Shown here piece by piece: positions 29,556-32,000 of a DNA stretch of 32,000 nt. Made by a program: the position numbers and the translations under genes. The stretch lies in NCBI RefSeq assembly GCF_000039765.1, contig NC_004460.2, positions 60,001 to 92,000 on the forward strand, written 5' to 3'. The stretch is from Vibrio vulnificus CMCP6. Lineage in GTDB: Bacteria; Pseudomonadota; Gammaproteobacteria; Enterobacterales; Vibrionaceae. Below the pieces are notes generated by a model. That model ran no database searches. It was not told the origin of the DNA and saw only the letters and a list, made by a program, of their open reading frames with translations. Positions within the stretch are counted from its first letter, which is position 1, and each line of letters starts with the position of its first letter.

Positions 29556-30407
29556 ATGAAAACCGTTCATAGAATGATCGACGTAAAATATCTTCGGACA
29601 TTTTCACAGGTTGCAAAACACAAAAGCTTTACAGCTGCAGCCGAGTCACTATTTATGACTCAGCCCGCTGTGTCGCAGCATATCAAAAAGATCGAAAATA
29701 CAATTGGGGCTAGTATTTTTGTTAGAAAAGAGGGATTTGGGCTTACGAAACACGGTAAGGTGTTATTGGAATATGCGGATCAAACAATGTCCATGTATGA
29801 AAAGCTATTCAAAGATTTAGAAAAAGTGGATACGAGAGAGCAATATAACATTGCGATTGCAGATTCGTTCTGTCCTATTCTCGTAGAAAAAGTCGTGAGC
29901 GAATTTCGTGCACTGAATAATACAGACTTAGCGATCACCAGTTTTAGTACAACGTCTACGATCGATATCGCTAACTTCGATGTAATATTCAGTCTCAATC
30001 GATTGAGCTCAGAAAATGGTAATTCTTATCAGCTAAGATCATCAAGTTATGTAATTAGTCACACAGCATGTATAGACTTATATGAGTGCTATCCGTTCCG
30101 AGTGGTTTATTGCAACTCCTTGTCGAAAACCTTGGTTCAAGAATTACTGAAAGAGAACAAAATTGATACGCGGTTTGTCTCAAGTTGGGTAAGCACGAGT
30201 TCTGCAAGACTGATGAACAAAGAGTTGGAAAACCATGGCACCATCATGGTTTGTCCAGACTGGTCAGTTAGAGAGCCTAACTACAAGAAGATTCCTACTA
30301 GCCAACAGGTCAATATGAATGTGGGGTTTAGCGAAGGGATGTCTGATGAGTTAGACAAAATTGGCTTAAAGGCGAAACTCAACGATCTTTTTGAACAGCA
30401 TCATTAA
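29556..30407 (+). CDS. LysR-family transcriptional regulator
   Basis: 283 aa; YLRTFSQVAKHKSFTAAAESLFMTQPAVSQHIKKIENTIGASIFVR winged HTH. Confidence 0.92.
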   Translation: MKTVHRMIDVKYLRTFSQVAKHKSFTAAAESLFMTQPAVSQHIKKIENTIGASIFVRKEGFGLTKHGKVLLEYADQTMSMYEKLFKDLEKVDTREQYNIAIADSFCPILVEKVVSEFRALNNTDLAITSFSTTSTIDIANFDVIFSLNRLSSENGNSYQLRSSSYVISHTACIDLYECYPFRVVYCNSLSKTLVQELLKENKIDTRFVSSWVSTSSARLMNKELENHGTIMVCPDWSVREPNYKKIPTSQQVNMNVGFSEGMSDELDKIGLKAKLNDLFEQHH

Positions 30408-30410
30408 CAG

Positions 30411-30851
30411 CTATCTGAGGACCAACAAGCTTAATAGCATAAACAAACAGCATGATGCAGAAATAGGTATTCCGTAAGGGATGCCTATTTTTTTTATCTC
30501 CTTTTTGGCAATCAAGCAATACACATAAACACCTATTACAGTGATTCCACCAAATAAGCCGATATAGCAAATGGCTTCAATTGCATAGTCGGGTTTTACG
30601 CCCACCATCATGACTGGAAAGTATTTTGCGTCACCACCACCCCAAAATCCTAATAGCCATAATATAAAACTGAATGCAAAGCATAATGTTGCAATTAAAA
30701 AGGAGTGTAATAAATAACCATTTAGAAAAGCAAAAATAAAGCAACAAAGAAAAGTAAAAACAACGGTGTGGTTCGATATGACGCGAGATTTGGCATCAGT
30801 AAATGATGCGTAGAGTGCTGTAAAAAATATTAATGTTATGGCGAGTTGCAT
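30411..30851 (-). CDS. tadV: Prepilin peptidase, A24 family, CpaA/TadV-like
   Basis: Small multi-helix protein with the two catalytic Asp contexts SFTDAKSRVISN and GFWGGGDAKYFP; sits next to a Flp pilin gene. Start assigned to M at 30851 (track extends to 30863). Confidence 0.85.
   Translation of the reverse strand: MQLAITLIFFTALYASFTDAKSRVISNHTVVFTFLCCFIFAFLNGYLLHSFLIATLCFAFSFILWLLGFWGGGDAKYFPVMMVGVKPDYAIEAICYIGLFGGITVIGVYVYCLIAKKEIKKIGIPYGIPISASCCLFMLLSLLVLR
30461..30496 (+). terminator. Intrinsic terminator for the LysR gene, located inside the 3' end of the convergent prepilin peptidase gene
   Basis: aaataggtattcc-gtaa-gggatgcctattttttttt: 13-position stem with two G-U pairs followed by a T-tract. 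Confidence 0.75.
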
Positions 30852-31050
30852 AAATGTTTCCAAAAATAAAGCCTATTTTATATTAGTTTGCACTTTCTTA
30901 GTAACTATTATATTTATAGTGTCATAATGCTTTTTTATCATAACTTTGTATTATGGATATATAAATCTTATTCATTGGCGTTTGTTATTCCATTAGTTTA
31001 ATTTGTCTTCACCCCATAACGACACATTTTAAAGTTAATAAGAGGATAGT

Positions 31051-31341
31051 ATGTTTAACAAAGTTATGACAAAAGCGATTGAGTGGAAATTAAACTTCAA
31101 TGAAAGTATCTGTAAACTAAAAGAAGATGATCGTGCTGTAACGGCAGTAGAATATGCGATTATTGCCGTTGCTATGTCTGCCGTTTTATTAGCGATTTTC
31201 AAGAATGGTACTTTGACTGGTGCAATTACTGATGCGATGGATAGTGTTTCAAGTGCTATTTCTGCAGAAAATGGTGGTACTGGTGGTACTGGTGGTACTG
31301 GTGGTACTGGTGGTACTGGTGGTGGTGCAGCTGGCAGTTAA
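31051..31341 (+). CDS. flp: Flp/Fap-family type IVb pilin
   Basis: 96 aa; MFNKVMTKAIEWKLNFNESICKLKEDDRAVTAVEYAIIAVAMSAVLLAIF, followed by a Gly/Thr-rich tail. Confidence 0.9.
   Translation: MFNKVMTKAIEWKLNFNESICKLKEDDRAVTAVEYAIIAVAMSAVLLAIFKNGTLTGAITDAMDSVSSAISAENGGTGGTGGTGGTGGTGGGAAGS
31273..31326 (+). repeat. In-frame 9-bp tandem repeat (ggtggtact)x5 plus variant ggtggtggt, encoding (Gly-Gly-Thr)5 Gly-Gly-Gly
   Basis: Direct reading: five exact 9-bp copies at 31273-31317, followed by ggtggtggt at 31318-31326. Confidence 0.97.
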
Positions 31342-31357
31342 TTACTTCCCAATATTG

Positions 31358-31380
31358 AATGGAGGGAAACCTCCATTTTT
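31358..31380 (+). terminator. Hairpin/attenuator between flp and the cpaB-like gene
   Basis: aatggagg-gaaa-cctccatt followed by ttt; 8-bp stem with GNRA-type loop, 24 nt upstream of the next ATG. Confidence 0.7.
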
Positions 31381-31403
31381 CTCTTATTAAAAAAGACAAA
31401 ATA

Positions 31404-32000
31404 ATGAATAGAGCCGTTATCATTCTTTTCCTTTCCCTTGCAATATTCAGCACGCTGTTTTTTCTTATGGGTGATATGTTTGAAACTGAAGAAGTTGTCG
31501 CAGCAGAACCTGTAATAGAGCCCACGGTAGTCTTACTTGAATTGACTCAAGGTGTTGAAAAATCTGGGATTGTATCTAAGTCTGTGTACAAGGAAATTGA
31601 AGTAAAACTATCTGAAGCACACAGCAACCGACACGCATTAAAGAACGAACTGAATATTCAACCAGGTGCGCTTTTTAACCGACCGTTACTCAAAGGAACC
31701 ATATTGTCGAACGATGTGATCAGTAACCCTGGTGATCGTGATTATATGTTCTTGTCTCTAAAAAAAGATGAAGTGCCTTATTATTACGAACCATCCAGTT
31801 CAAATATTATTGAGAATATCACTTTGCAACCAGGTGACAGCGTCAGTTTTGTTTCCACTACATCATCAAGATCTAATTTACTAGAAACTGGTTATAAAGA
31901 TATTGGACATCTCGTTAGTAAAATCATTATTAGCGATGCAAAGGTCATACAAGTCATTAAGTCAGAGAGAAATGTAAATACTACAAAAGCTTCTGAGTCG
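31404..32000 (+). CDS. cpaB: CpaB/RcpC-like Tad pilus assembly protein (partial, runs off the right edge)
   Basis: MNRAVIILFLSLAIFSTLFFLMGDMF... N-terminal signal/anchor, SAF-like segment (ELNIQPGALFNRPLLKGTILSNDVISNPGD), position after flp. Confidence 0.75.
   Translation, partial: MNRAVIILFLSLAIFSTLFFLMGDMFETEEVVAAEPVIEPTVVLLELTQGVEKSGIVSKSVYKEIEVKLSEAHSNRHALKNELNIQPGALFNRPLLKGTILSNDVISNPGDRDYMFLSLKKDEVPYYYEPSSSNIIENITLQPGDSVSFVSTTSSRSNLLETGYKDIGHLVSKIIISDAKVIQVIKSERNVNTTKASES

Noticed and set aside
31273-31326. Short regular repeats considered as CRISPR
   Set aside because: Nine-base contiguous tandem units without spacers, in frame within a pilin gene; not a CRISPR array.
31256-31525. 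89-aa - strand ORF with HHQYHQYHQYHQYHQ repeats
   Set aside because: Simply the antisense reading of the 9-bp ggtggtact repeat in the pilin gene.

Overview
The window reads as Vibrio chromosome (product recognition suggests V. vulnificus or a close relative; this is an inference, no search was run). From left to right it contains: a partial LysE/RhtB-type exporter (-); a complete ribose operon rbsDACBK-rbsR with a 26-bp perfect palindromic operator candidate; a small membrane protein; cheV; a fatty-acid desaturase (-); a GNAT acetyltransferase; a YlqF/RbgA circularly permuted GTPase (-); a PAS-containing methyl-accepting chemotaxis protein (-); a six-gene stressosome module (globin-type RsbR, RsbS, RsbT, RsbX, then a PAS hybrid histidine kinase with REC-REC-HPt and an HD-GYP response regulator); sbcD-sbcC; a large M6-family metalloprotease with Ig/cadherin-like repeats and a GlyGly-CTERM-like tail; a LysR-type regulator; and the start of a Tad/Flp pilus locus (prepilin peptidase on -, Flp pilin and CpaB/RcpC on +). 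The most interesting region is the stressosome module. The module type is already known in Vibrio, but here RsbS carries Gly where Bacillus RsbS has its phospho-Ser, and the predicted output is a phosphorelay ending in a c-di-GMP phosphodiesterase rather than a sigma-factor partner switch. Other points worth checking are an Ala at the -1 processing site of the Flp pilin with an in-frame 9-bp (Gly-Gly-Thr) repeat array, an intrinsic terminator embedded in antisense coding sequence of the prepilin peptidase, and strong hairpins between rbs genes. No rRNA, tRNA, CRISPR array or mobile element was recognised.
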